Origin: a virus
Lineage: Duplodnaviria; Caudoviricetes
Length of the DNA: 64,000 nucleotides
Virus record (IMG/VR): IMGVR_UViG_2681813215_000001
Coordinates: 4,521 to 68,520 of that record
Direction: 5' to 3' (one strand)
Position numbers and translations under genes: made by a program. Positions within the stretch are counted from its first letter, which is position 1. Every line of letters starts with the position of its first letter. This document shows, one piece after another, positions 24,907-34,040 of this stretch. The notes below the pieces were generated by a model. The model had not been told where the DNA came from. It saw only the letters and a program-made list of their open reading frames with translations, and made no database searches.

Positions 24907-25158
24907 AACGAACTGATGGGCGACCCAACTATGAGTGGCGACCCGGCCGTGGAGGCTGCACATCGGTCATTTCACCCCAAATACAATTACTCATGGGAAG
25001 ACAAATCAACAGGCGTCGCCTCTGCCCGTGAAGCTTTGAGGCCAGTACGGGAATGGTGCGACAAGTGGCTCAACGAACTCTCTATTCGCGGCCTAGACGA
25101 GGCGCTGGACGAGTTGGCGCCGCTGATCTTCACGGCAGAGGAACTGACCGATGACTGA
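24904..25158 (+). CDS. Hypothetical protein, paralog of 18196-18423
   Basis: DPAVEAA...ALDELAPLIFTAEEL. Confidence 0.7.
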   Translation: MNELMGDPTMSGDPAVEAAHRSFHPKYNYSWEDKSTGVASAREALRPVREWCDKWLNELSIRGLDEALDELAPLIFTAEELTDD

Positions 25159-25411
25159 ACCATCCCAAGCCCATATAGACCGGGCACGTGAACTCGGCCT
25201 CTCTTTCGATCCTTCTGATACATCGGATGAAGAGTTAAGTCGTGCTATCGCAACGTATGAACGGGTTTACATCGAGGCGATGACCGAGAATTCTGGTAGG
25301 GACACTGATACTCCTACCGAGCGTCGCAAGATGCTGGGCTGCTGGACACAGCGCGATGAAGACGAGGCCGAGGCGGCAGCTGGACGGCGGCGGATGTTCG
25401 GCTCCCATTAA
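25151..25411 (+). CDS. Hypothetical protein
   Basis: Overlapping operon gene. Confidence 0.6.
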   Translation: MTEPSQAHIDRARELGLSFDPSDTSDEELSRAIATYERVYIEAMTENSGRDTDTPTERRKMLGCWTQRDEDEAEAAAGRRRMFGSH

Positions 25412-25423
25412 ATCCCACCCGCC

Positions 25424-25467
25424 TAGACACCGCTAATCCCGTTGAAACACGGGATAATTGAGGTATG
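25424..25467 (+). promoter_or_regulatory. TAGAC-box element, copy 4
   Basis: TAGACACCGC-N19-GATAAT-TGAGGT-ATG. Confidence 0.75.
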
Positions 25468-25668
25468 ACGGTAGCTGAGTTGATTGATGAGCTAGGGAAG
25501 TATCCGGGCGACACACCCGTGTTACGGCCTGGACACCCGGATGGTGGCGGCTACGACGACCTGGACTTCGTTCGAGTCACACGCTACAACCCAAACGGCT
25601 ACCCGTGCTCATATGCCGGGTATTACGACTGGGCAGAGGATGGTATAGAAGCCGTCTTGCTCACCTGA
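25465..25668 (+). CDS. Conserved small phage protein (MTVAELIDELGKYPGDTPV type)
   Basis: Common phage N-terminal motif. Confidence 0.7.
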   Translation: MTVAELIDELGKYPGDTPVLRPGHPDGGGYDDLDFVRVTRYNPNGYPCSYAGYYDWAEDGIEAVLLT

Positions 25669-25693
25669 CGCTGAATCCCTTTGGGAGGCAATC

Positions 25694-25858
25694 ATGCTTG
25701 ATGGTCAACCATTGGATCCAGTTGAAGCCGCGCGGCTGTATGACCAACGATTGAAAGCCATGTGCACTCCAGAAGAGTGGGAAGTGTACGACCGCCGCCT
25801 ACATCCCGAGAGCTACCCTCCGGAGCTCCCATGGTGGCGAAAGCTGTTCAGGCTCTAG
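25694..25858 (+). CDS. Hypothetical protein
   Basis: GGAGG RBS; ends PWWRKLFRL. Confidence 0.55.
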   Translation: MLDGQPLDPVEAARLYDQRLKAMCTPEEWEVYDRRLHPESYPPELPWWRKLFRL

Positions 25859-25860
25859 CC

Positions 25861-26028
25861 ATGGCCCTGACCGCTAACCAGCTCCGCATTTTAGAAGCGT
25901 TGCAGCGGTTACGTATAGCCCGTACTGAGGGTGATCTCCATGAAGAGTTGGTTTGTACTCGCCGCATGGACTACCTGCTAGACCGTGAGCCTACGGGCAT
26001 AGGTTCCGTTTCGCCGATCGCGCCATAG
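25861..26028 (+). CDS. Hypothetical protein
   Basis: MALTANQLRILEALQRL; overlaps the 3' end of the reverse DUF732 gene. Confidence 0.5.
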   Translation: MALTANQLRILEALQRLRIARTEGDLHEELVCTRRMDYLLDREPTGIGSVSPIAP

Positions 26029-26272
26029 CCAACAGATTGGCTGGTGTCGCGTTCGGATAGTTGGAGTGCGAGGCGACTTGTTCCGGGGTTTCCCCGTTTC
26101 GTAAGTCATTACACATGCCGTTACCGGCAGCCAGTAGGAACGGCCGGGACTGCCACATCACTTGAAAACCCTGCCCGGACAGTTCGTCCAGGTAGGCGTC
26201 ATCGTCCGCGTACGCCGCGGGCGCGAAAACAATGCTGGCCGCTACGGCGGCTGCAGCTGCGATCTTGATCAT
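25991..26272 (-). CDS. Secreted DUF732-like protein (counter-oriented)
   Basis: Signal peptide PAAYA-DDDAYLDEL...GNGMCNDL...AKRNLCP; TACGAT 6 nt before ATG. Confidence 0.8.
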   Translation of the reverse strand: MIKIAAAAAVAASIVFAPAAYADDDAYLDELSGQGFQVMWQSRPFLLAAGNGMCNDLRNGETPEQVASHSNYPNATPANLLAMARSAKRNLCP

Positions 26273-26324
26273 TGGCGGATCGTAGACCTCCACCCCGACG
26301 GGTACAGGCGAAACGGGAGATCAG

Positions 26325-26402
26325 ATGGCCGTGCAGCACTGCGAGTACTGCGGCCGCCGCCTCCGGTACGACTGCTGCCCGCACTGTGAAGAGGGGCAGT
26401 AG
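26325..26402 (+). CDS. 25-aa Zn-ribbon mini-protein
   Basis: CEYCG...CCPHC; stop overlaps the next start. Confidence 0.45.
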   Translation: MAVQHCEYCGRRLRYDCCPHCEEGQ

Positions 26403-27664
26403 TGCTCGGGGTAGCGATCACCACCCACAACCGCAGGGATGTCCTTCTCAACGCTCTAATGCATTGGATCGAGCACACGTCGGCTGATGTGCCGATTGTT
26501 GTTGTGGACGACGGCAGCGACGAGCCGATATGTCTTGAGGGCTGGCGGGGTATCCCGGTGCATCGAGTGCCGAGTGTGAGTGTTGTTCGCCATCCATTAC
26601 CTATGGGGATAGCGGTGGCGAAGAACCGGTGCATCGCCGAGCTTATGGACTTGGGGTGCGACCACCTCTTTCTCGCTGACGATGATGTGTGGCCCACCGT
26701 AGACGAGTGGTGGAAGCCTTACGTTGAGTCCCCGGAACCGCATTTGTCGTTTCAGTGGCCCAGCGGTGGCCGGCACAGTGTCACTCACCAAGACGAGCAG
26801 CATTTCGCTATCGGATTCCCCCGCGGGGTTCTCCTGTATGCCGAACGTCGAGTGATCGACGCGGTGGGCGGCATGGATATCGGATATGGGGCGCACGGCG
26901 GCGAACACGTCGACTGGTCGCAGAGAATCCACGACGCAGGGTTGACGCGATGGCCATTCGCCGATGTCCGCGGATCACACAACCTGATCTACTCGCGGGA
27001 CAAAGCCGAAGGAAACCGCACGGGTTCTTCCCGGTTTGAGCTTCCCGAGCGTGCCCGGATGTGTGAGGCGAATGGAAACCGTTGGGGCCACAAGCACCCA
27101 ACATGGCCGTACTTTCCCTACCAGGAAGGTGAAGGTGTCCAGGACTACCAGTTAGGCCCATACTTCCCGCCCGTGGAGCACTATTCGCTTCTGCGGCACG
27201 TGGTCGGTTTGAGGCCTTCTGGTGTGGCTTTGGAGTTCGGGGTGGGTAAAGGCGAATCGACCCGCATCATTGCCGAGCATATGCCGGTGATCGGGTTCGA
27301 CAGCTTCACCGGCCTACCGGAGGATTGGCGTGACGGGTTCCCTAAGGGGTCGTTCGCGCATAAACCACCAGCCATCAACAACACTCGCCTAGTGATAGGT
27401 CGGTACGCCGACACTCTGCCAGGGTTCACATTTCCCGAGTGTGGTTTGGTGCATATCGACTGCGACCTTTACTCGTCCACGGCAACAGCTTTGGAGCACC
27501 TACAGCTCAAGCCGGGAACTTATGTTGTGTTTGACGAGTGGCACAGCTACGACGGCTGCGAAGACCATGAGATGAAAGCCTGGCGAGAGTACGCCGACCG
27601 CACCGGCATCAACTGGTGTGTGGTTGGGCATTCGCATGAGGCGTGGGCGATTCGGATCACTTAG
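26402..27664 (+). CDS. Glycosyltransferase (GT-A/GT2-like) fused to a class I SAM methyltransferase (TylF/MycF-like)
   Basis: ITTHNR, VVDDGS, ADDD; then LEFGVGKG, GFDSFTGLPEDW, VHIDCDLYSS, VFDEW. Confidence 0.88.
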   Translation: MLGVAITTHNRRDVLLNALMHWIEHTSADVPIVVVDDGSDEPICLEGWRGIPVHRVPSVSVVRHPLPMGIAVAKNRCIAELMDLGCDHLFLADDDVWPTVDEWWKPYVESPEPHLSFQWPSGGRHSVTHQDEQHFAIGFPRGVLLYAERRVIDAVGGMDIGYGAHGGEHVDWSQRIHDAGLTRWPFADVRGSHNLIYSRDKAEGNRTGSSRFELPERARMCEANGNRWGHKHPTWPYFPYQEGEGVQDYQLGPYFPPVEHYSLLRHVVGLRPSGVALEFGVGKGESTRIIAEHMPVIGFDSFTGLPEDWRDGFPKGSFAHKPPAINNTRLVIGRYADTLPGFTFPECGLVHIDCDLYSSTATALEHLQLKPGTYVVFDEWHSYDGCEDHEMKAWREYADRTGINWCVVGHSHEAWAIRIT

Positions 27665-27670
27665 GGAGTT

Positions 27671-28492
27671 GTGTTGCGAGTCATCCTCTTTGTGTTCGCG
27701 GGCCGCAAAGCCAACATGGAACTTCAAGTCCCGTACATCAAGCGCATACTGGCCGAGCATCCGAACGTCGAATACGACATCTGGAACCTCGCCCGCGACC
27801 CCAAGGACGCGGAGCATCTGCAAACCATCACAGGGGAGCGGATCACCGTCCGCAACGACTTCCACGGCGGATGCCATTGGACCGGCTTCAACAAGGTGTG
27901 GTGGCACTACGCCCAACCCGAGTATCAGGACTGTTTGTTCGTCAAGGTCGACGACGATGACGTGTTCTTCGAGACCGCACGATTCAGTGAACACCTCGAG
28001 GCGATAGACAACAACCGCGGCAGTGTTGTCTCCGCGCTGACCGTGAACAACGGCGCCTCAACATGGTTAGAGCCGTTGATTTGGCGCGGCTTCGAGAACC
28101 TGAACATCCCTTTGTTGGATGTGCACATGTCCGGCGACTACGCGGCCATGTCCCACGAGCATTTCCTGACCAATTGGCGGGATGTGACCGGTCAGCCCAA
28201 CCAAGTCATCCCGACGACGGATTGGTTGTCGATCAACTGCATCGGACTCGACCACCCCACCCTGAAACGCATCGCGGACCTACTGGACGCGCCGTCGCCT
28301 GCCCATATCGCCGGCAGGGATTGGCCGCCCGGTTTCAAGATCGGTGACGAAGGTGCAGCCAACATGCAGCCCCGAGTCATCCACAGAGGGTTTGTGGTGT
28401 CGCACCTATCGTTTGGACCGCAGCAGCTCCCCGATGAGACATGGGACCTACTGCGCAGGGGGTACGCCAAGGTCGCAGGGGAGTACCTGTGA
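27671..28492 (+). CDS. Glycosyltransferase-like protein
   Basis: FVFAGRKANM, FVKVDDDDVF (DxD), WLSINCI, HLSFGPQ. Confidence 0.75.
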   Translation: MLRVILFVFAGRKANMELQVPYIKRILAEHPNVEYDIWNLARDPKDAEHLQTITGERITVRNDFHGGCHWTGFNKVWWHYAQPEYQDCLFVKVDDDDVFFETARFSEHLEAIDNNRGSVVSALTVNNGASTWLEPLIWRGFENLNIPLLDVHMSGDYAAMSHEHFLTNWRDVTGQPNQVIPTTDWLSINCIGLDHPTLKRIADLLDAPSPAHIAGRDWPPGFKIGDEGAANMQPRVIHRGFVVSHLSFGPQQLPDETWDLLRRGYAKVAGEYL

Positions 28493-29184
28493 ACATCGCC
28501 GTGATCATCCCGTTCCGGGACCGCGGTAAGGACCCTCTAAGGCCCGCGAATCTGCGACGCGTCCTGATGGGCATGGAGGGGCTGTACCGCATCCACGTTG
28601 TTGATGACGGCCGCTCAGGCTATGAGTCGTTCAACCGATCCGCCGCATATAACCGCGGTGCCGACATGGTTGACGCCGACGTGCTTGTCTATTGCGAATC
28701 AGATCTGCTGGTCGACGCTCTCCAGATTCGGGAAGCGGTCGCGCTGGCTTCGTCGGCGCCAGGTTTAGTCGTTCCGTTCTCACGCTTCATGGCCATTACC
28801 CCCGAGGACTCGGTTCGCGTCCGGGACCTTGAGTTAGAGCCCGAAGAAGCTGTATCGCATCAGGTCCGAGGCGACCGTCAGTCGATCGGTGCCGTCAATG
28901 TCGTCTCCCGGGAATCACTCTCACTCATCGGCCAGTACGACGAGTCGTTCGAGGGTGCCTGGTATGACGACGACGCGATGTGCCGAGCGTTTGAGGTGTG
29001 CTGCGGCCCAACCCGCTTCATCGACGGACCGGGATATCACCTGTACCACCTACCTGGCGCCAGTGGCGATCATTTGACCGCGGCTGATCGGGCCGCCACT
29101 GAACGCAATAAGGCCCGCTACCAGCTTTACCGGCAGGCCACAACACCTGAACGTATCCGCGAACTCACCGCAGGGGGTGTGTGA
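28489..29184 (+). CDS. Glycosyltransferase (GT7C/galactosyltransferase-like)
   Basis: VIIPFRDRG, FNRSAAYNRG, CESD, YDESFEGAWYDD, LYHL. Confidence 0.85.
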   Translation: MNIAVIIPFRDRGKDPLRPANLRRVLMGMEGLYRIHVVDDGRSGYESFNRSAAYNRGADMVDADVLVYCESDLLVDALQIREAVALASSAPGLVVPFSRFMAITPEDSVRVRDLELEPEEAVSHQVRGDRQSIGAVNVVSRESLSLIGQYDESFEGAWYDDDAMCRAFEVCCGPTRFIDGPGYHLYHLPGASGDHLTAADRAATERNKARYQLYRQATTPERIRELTAGGV

Positions 29185-29429
29185 TGGCCGACCATCTCAT
29201 CACCGGCCCTGACGGCACCCAATACACCTTGGCAGAGTGGGTGAACTCCCACATCGTCGGAACTTTCGAGCAGATGCTCCCCGGCGGGAAGACCCGCAAG
29301 GGCGGTGCCTGCTCCTGTGGGTGGCGCACCCCGCCTTTCGATCCTATCGGTGACCGCGCTAGAGCGATGGCCGATGAACATAAGCGTCTAGAAGACCTCG
29401 CTGATGAGATGCGAAGGGAGAACGGGTAA
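29184..29429 (+). CDS. Hypothetical protein with CSCGW motif
   Basis: Coupled to both neighbours. Confidence 0.6.
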   Translation: MADHLITGPDGTQYTLAEWVNSHIVGTFEQMLPGGKTRKGGACSCGWRTPPFDPIGDRARAMADEHKRLEDLADEMRRENG

Positions 29430-29845
29430 TGGCAGCCTTCGTGTACTTCACTGTGGCCGACACCTATCAGGCCATCGTCTCTGATGGGTCCGATGAGGGT
29501 AGCGAGCCGGATCTGAAGATGATTTCCGGCACTGTCACTTTCACACCTTCGGTGAAGGAAGTGCTGGCCACCATCTCCGATATCCCCACCACGGTGCGTT
29601 TGGAGCCGATCATTGGCCGCATCGAGGAAGACGGTGTGCTGAAGACTCTCGATTCCACGCCGGGTGTGAAGCTGCTCGCCAACACCGAAGCCATCGGGCC
29701 CCTGCCCGAGCTGACGTATCGGGTGGACTTCACGAACGTGGTCTACAACCGCAAAACCAACCAGCGCATCGAGCCGTTCCGGTTCGCCGCCGCCACAAGC
29801 GCCACCACACTGCGCTTGTCTTCGGTTGAGCGCCTGCCTTTATGA
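29429..29845 (+). CDS. Beta-rich protein resembling the N-terminal domain of mycobacteriophage minor structural proteins
   Basis: DEGSEPDL..ISGTVTFTPSV...GVKLLAN...LTYRVDF. Confidence 0.65.
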   Translation: MAAFVYFTVADTYQAIVSDGSDEGSEPDLKMISGTVTFTPSVKEVLATISDIPTTVRLEPIIGRIEEDGVLKTLDSTPGVKLLANTEAIGPLPELTYRVDFTNVVYNRKTNQRIEPFRFAAATSATTLRLSSVERLPL

Positions 29846-29991
29846 GCGCCACTGAACATGAATGCCTCTATCCAGAGGTGCGTGAAGGTAATTGGTTCCG
29901 AATAGCTCCGTGTGAAGTATGCGGGACGCTACCGCCGTATGAATGGATGATGGAGCGCATGCGGCGCGGTGGCCCACGTGAGAGCACGTGA
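29842..29991 (+). CDS. Small hypothetical protein
   Basis: ATGA/GTGA-coupled; PCEVCG. Confidence 0.5.
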   Translation: MSATEHECLYPEVREGNWFRIAPCEVCGTLPPYEWMMERMRRGGPREST

Positions 29992-30632
29992 CTGATTACC
30001 GCATCGGCATAGTCGCCCATAACAAGCGGGCCGCTGCGGCTCACGAGTTGATGGAAGCAACTGGTGCGGCGTTCCTGTCGATAGACAACGGAACACTGGG
30101 GTGTGACAGGAACCATCGCCGCACTCTGCAATGGCTCGCCAGTAGCCCTACCGAGTGGGGTGTTGTCCTCGAGGATGACGCCATCCCATGCGGGGACTGG
30201 TCAACCACGTTGACGAATGTCCTAGATGCTTCACCGGCACCGATTGTTTCGTTCTATCTAGGTATCAACTACCCGAAGCATTGGCAGCCGAGAGTCCTGC
30301 AAGCCACTCAAGCCGCTGATGCGGCGGGTGCTTCGTGGATTGTGGCCGAAGGGTTCCTTCTCCACGCTGTGGGGTATGCGATACGTACCGAGTTGATCGA
30401 CAGCGCACTAGATCACAACCGCTGGTTCCAGATGCCGGTAGATCAGGTACTCACAGACTGGGCACGCAACAACAACCACCAAGTCGCCTACACGTGGCCG
30501 AGTATCTGCGATCACGCCGATACGCCGACACTGTTCCAGCATCCCGACGGATCCTCACGCACACTGCCGCGTGTAGCGCACAGATTTGGTGTCCCACAAC
30601 AGACCCCGCGATCCGTCCTACTCTGCAACTAG
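29988..30632 (+). CDS. Glycosyltransferase (GT25-like)
   Basis: GVVLEDDAIP, LLHAVGYAI, MPVD, TWPSICDH. Confidence 0.8.
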   Translation: MTDYRIGIVAHNKRAAAAHELMEATGAAFLSIDNGTLGCDRNHRRTLQWLASSPTEWGVVLEDDAIPCGDWSTTLTNVLDASPAPIVSFYLGINYPKHWQPRVLQATQAADAAGASWIVAEGFLLHAVGYAIRTELIDSALDHNRWFQMPVDQVLTDWARNNNHQVAYTWPSICDHADTPTLFQHPDGSSRTLPRVAHRFGVPQQTPRSVLLCN

Positions 30633-30649
30633 AATGGAATCCCAGACCC

Positions 30650-30808
30650 ATGAAACAGGGCATCCCAATTATCACTTCCGCCGCGTGCAGCTCAATCACC
30701 ATCCCGCTGCACCAACCCGATGACCCGATCTATATGTGCGTGCTATCGAGTGCACGCGCAGTGAAGGTCACTTGGTGGCGGCGTCTACTTCTTTGGATTG
30801 GCCGCTGA
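30650..30808 (+). CDS. Small hypothetical protein
   Basis: Ends WWRRLLLWIGR; TGATG-coupled to the next gene. Confidence 0.4.
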   Translation: MKQGIPIITSAACSSITIPLHQPDDPIYMCVLSSARAVKVTWWRRLLLWIGR

Positions 30809-31050
30809 TGCCAGTCCTAGTGACCATCCCCGGAAGCACTGATAACCAAGGCTGGCCCTCCGCCACCCACTACGTAGTAGACCCACAGGCCGTGCTGCAC
30901 GTATATAACGGCGACAAGCTGATCACCTCATACAAGACATGGGATCAGGTAGTAGTACAGGACGCGCTCACACTGAAGAGTGCAGTTGAGGCCACGTTCA
31001 GTACTTACGACGATGACGCTGTAGTAGAGCTCAATGCCAAGAGCGCTTAG
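30808..31050 (+). CDS. Hypothetical protein
   Basis: MPVLVTIPG...YVVDPQAVLHVY. Confidence 0.6.
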   Translation: MPVLVTIPGSTDNQGWPSATHYVVDPQAVLHVYNGDKLITSYKTWDQVVVQDALTLKSAVEATFSTYDDDAVVELNAKSA

Positions 31051-31216
31051 AGCACGGATGCCCGTTATTGGCTGCAGGTGTGGAGACTGCACGCAGCTTG
31101 ATGTAGTCCGTGACTGGTGGTGGTGGAACATCTTCCAGCGCTGGGTCACATTCCGATACGAGCAGCGCAATGGGCGTACACAGACCAAATATCCGTGGGG
31201 TTTCTACTGCCAATGA
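31034..31216 (+). CDS. Small hypothetical protein
   Basis: GCRCGDC; ORF track. Confidence 0.45.
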   Translation: MPRALRARMPVIGCRCGDCTQLDVVRDWWWWNIFQRWVTFRYEQRNGRTQTKYPWGFYCQ

Positions 31217-31229
31217 TCCAGTACTGCTG

Positions 31230-31583
31230 ATGCCGCGAGCCCCAAAAGTCTGCACCTTCAAGGACTGCACCACCCTTGTCTACAACGGACACCGCTGCCC
31301 TACACACACCACTCATGGCTGGGGTAAGGGCAACCCACGCACCAAGACACCAGAGCACGAAGCATGGCGTAAAGCCGTGCTAGACCGCGACCACTACCGC
31401 TGCCGCATCCAATACCCAGGCTGCACAGGCAGAGCAGGCATAGCTGATCACATCACCGCCACCAAATTCGGCGGAGCACCGTACGACATCACCAACGGCC
31501 AAGCCGCATGCCGCCCCTGCCACGACAAGAAGAGCGCAGACGAAGGCAATACTGCACAGGGCCATCAGGTTAGACCCCGCTGA
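31230..31583 (+). CDS. Packaging-associated HNH endonuclease
   Basis: MPRAPKVC...VLDRDHYRC...ADHI...NGQAACRPCHDKKS; upstream of terS. Confidence 0.88.
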   Translation: MPRAPKVCTFKDCTTLVYNGHRCPTHTTHGWGKGNPRTKTPEHEAWRKAVLDRDHYRCRIQYPGCTGRAGIADHITATKFGGAPYDITNGQAACRPCHDKKSADEGNTAQGHQVRPR

Positions 31584-31616
31584 TAGTCACCGTCCGCTAG
31601 TAAGATCAGAAACATG
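31571..31616 (+). promoter_or_regulatory. TAGAC-box element, copy 5
   Basis: TAGACCCCGC-N20-TAAGAT-N7-ATG. Confidence 0.7.
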
Positions 31617-31778
31617 CAATGGCCCGTCCTAATCACCTGCTGGGTACTGATACTCAGCCTATGGATAGCCGACACTGCCCCGGTTAGGCGCTTCTACACC
31701 AAGACGCGCCCAGGCAAGTTCCTCACCAACACCTTCAACTGGATGCGCAAACTGTTCGTCAGGCTCGGCGTCAACTAG
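31614..31778 (+). CDS. 54-aa membrane protein
   Basis: MQWPVLITCWVLILSLWIA followed by a basic tail; not in the ORF track. Confidence 0.6.
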   Translation: MQWPVLITCWVLILSLWIADTAPVRRFYTKTRPGKFLTNTFNWMRKLFVRLGVN

Positions 31779-31807
31779 CCCCCAGGGGGCACCCCGTACC
31801 CCCATCG

Positions 31808-31820
31808 CACGCCGCCACGG
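31808..31820 (+). other. Candidate cohesive end (cos) CACGCCGCCACGG
   Basis: Lies between HNH and terS; resembles the CCCGCCGCC..GG 3' overhangs recalled for cluster N/P-type mycobacteriophages. Confidence 0.45.
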
Positions 31821-31913
31821 GCCGAAGCTGCTCTTTCCGGTCCGTACGGGTTCCCACAGTTTTAGTCCCGCAACGGGGCGCTCACCTTTGTTCCCGAAAC
31901 GGGAGGTTGTTTG

Positions 31914-32363
31914 ATGCCTGGACCTACTCCTAAGGATCCGAGTGTTCGTGCGCGGCGGAATAAGTCGGCCACCAAGGCTGTGTTGTCTGGTGATCACGAT
32001 GTTGAGACGCCGCCGTTGCCGGATGAGATTGCGTGGCATTCGATGACTAAGCGGTGGTGGGCTGATATCTGGTCGTCGCCGATGGCTCCAGAGTATGCGG
32101 AGTCTGACATCAACGGGTTGATGCGTGTGGCGATGCTGTACAACGATTTTTGGCTGGCTGAGACGCCGAAGGAGCGGGCCGAGATTCAGGTTCGCCTCGA
32201 GAAAGCTGATGCCGACTACGGAACAAACCCTATGGCTCGGCGCCGGCTGGAATGGCAGATCGAGCAGTCGGAGGATTCGAAGGCGAAGGGGCAGAAGCGG
32301 CGTCCGCCCGCGACCCCACCGCCTGAACCCGGTACCGATCCGCGGCTCAAGCTAGTCCAGTAA
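31914..32363 (+). CDS. terS: Terminase small subunit
   Basis: MPGPTPKDPSVRARRNK...WWADIWSSPMA...YGTNPMARRRL. Confidence 0.88.
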   Translation: MPGPTPKDPSVRARRNKSATKAVLSGDHDVETPPLPDEIAWHSMTKRWWADIWSSPMAPEYAESDINGLMRVAMLYNDFWLAETPKERAEIQVRLEKADADYGTNPMARRRLEWQIEQSEDSKAKGQKRRPPATPPPEPGTDPRLKLVQ

Positions 32364-32370
32364 TTCCGCT

Positions 32371-34023
32371 ATGGCGGTTCTGATTGTTCCGCCGCTCGAC
32401 CTGTCTTACCCGACACTTGGGGCGCAGGTGTGCCAGTTCATTGAAGAGCGGATGGTGTTCGGCCCCGGATCCTTATCAGGTCAGCCGGCGCGGCTCGACG
32501 ATGAGAAGCGCGGCATCATCTACCGCCTCTATGAGATCTACCCGCAGGGGCATCGGCTTGAGGGGCGCCGCAGGTTTCAGCGTGGCGCCATTGAGGTCCG
32601 CAAGGGTCTCGCGAAAACCGAGCTCGCCGCCTGGATCGCCGGTTGTGAGCTGCATCCGGAGGCGCCTGTCCGGTGTGACGGGTTTGATGCGTATGGGAAT
32701 CCGGTTGGGCGCCCCGTGGAGTCGCCGGTCATCCCAATGATGGCGGTCACCGAAGAGCAGGTCGAAGAACTTGCCTACGGCGTACTCAAGTACGTGCTGG
32801 AGAACGGCCCGGACGCGGATCTGTTTGTCATCACCAAAGAGAAGATCATTCGAAAGGGCTGGAACGGCACCGAAGACGGATTTGTCGTCGCAGTGTCTAA
32901 CGCCCCCGGTTCTCGTGACGGTGCGCGGACCACATTTCAGCACTTCGATGAGCCGCACCGCCTGTTTATGCAGCGGATGCGAGACGCACACGAAACGATG
33001 CTGCAGAACATGCCGAAGCGGCCCCTCGAGGATCCGTGGACCTTGTACACGTCTACCGCAGGGCAGCCGGGGCAGAACAGCATCGAAGAGGATGTGCTCG
33101 CCGAAGCGGAAGCTATCGCCAAGGGTGAGGTAGACGATCCGAGCCTGTTCTTTTTCCGTCGCTGGGCTGGGGATGAGCACCGCGACCTCACCACGGTCGA
33201 AAACCGCATCGCCGCCGTCGCCGACGCCACGGGACCAGTAGGGGAGTGGGGCGTCGGCCAGTTTGAGCGGATCGCAAAGGACTACGACCGCAAAGGTGTC
33301 GACAAAGCCTACTGGGAGCGGGTCTGGCTGAACCGGTGGCGCAAATCCGGCTCACAAGCGTTCGACATGACGAAAGTTGAAGCCCTCAAGCTCAATCCGG
33401 ACGGGAAACCGTGGGGACCTGTGCCGGATGGGGCGTTTGTTACAGCCGGATTCGACGGTGCGCGCTTCCGTGACGCTACAGCGCTGACCATCACCGATAT
33501 TTCTACGGGCCGCCAGATGCTCCTGGGCTGTTGGCAGCGCCCTGAGAATGTCGAGGACTGGGAAGTCCCCGAAGACGAAGTAACAGACCTCGTTACGGAC
33601 ATGATGTCCCGATACGAGGTGTGGCGCATGTACTGCGACCCGCCGCATTGGACCGAAACGGTCGCATCCTGGGCCGCTAGATACCCAGATCGGGTTGTTG
33701 AGTGGCATACGCAGCGGAAAACGCCCATGGCAGCCGCCGTCCGGGCTTATGTCGAGGCGATTGACTCCGGAATCGTCACCTACGGGTCGAACCGGTGGAT
33801 TGACACCCTGATTCAGCACATGGGGCACGCCGGAAGGCGTGAACTCAAGCTACTTGACGATCAGGGCGAGCCGATCTGGATCCTCCAGAAGCAAGACGGA
33901 CGCCTGGAAGACAAATTCGACGCCGCAATGGCCGCTGTACTGTCCTGGACCGCCTGTGTAGATGCCCGCCGCGAAGGCGCGCAACCAAGACCCAAATCTT
34001 ATGTGCCGAGGCGCATCTACTGA
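32371..34023 (+). CDS. terL: Terminase large subunit
   Basis: RKGLAKTE (Walker A-like), HFDEPH (Walker B), YTSTAG, GFDGARFRD nuclease, KFDAAMA. Confidence 0.93.
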   Translation: MAVLIVPPLDLSYPTLGAQVCQFIEERMVFGPGSLSGQPARLDDEKRGIIYRLYEIYPQGHRLEGRRRFQRGAIEVRKGLAKTELAAWIAGCELHPEAPVRCDGFDAYGNPVGRPVESPVIPMMAVTEEQVEELAYGVLKYVLENGPDADLFVITKEKIIRKGWNGTEDGFVVAVSNAPGSRDGARTTFQHFDEPHRLFMQRMRDAHETMLQNMPKRPLEDPWTLYTSTAGQPGQNSIEEDVLAEAEAIAKGEVDDPSLFFFRRWAGDEHRDLTTVENRIAAVADATGPVGEWGVGQFERIAKDYDRKGVDKAYWERVWLNRWRKSGSQAFDMTKVEALKLNPDGKPWGPVPDGAFVTAGFDGARFRDATALTITDISTGRQMLLGCWQRPENVEDWEVPEDEVTDLVTDMMSRYEVWRMYCDPPHWTETVASWAARYPDRVVEWHTQRKTPMAAAVRAYVEAIDSGIVTYGSNRWIDTLIQHMGHAGRRELKLLDDQGEPIWILQKQDGRLEDKFDAAMAAVLSWTACVDARREGAQPRPKSYVPRRIY

Positions 34024-34040
34024 CCAAAGAAGGGAGTCTC

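Noticed and set aside
26283-26327. TAGACCTCCA upstream of the 26325 mini-ORF
   Set aside because: No -10-like hexamer at the required distance.
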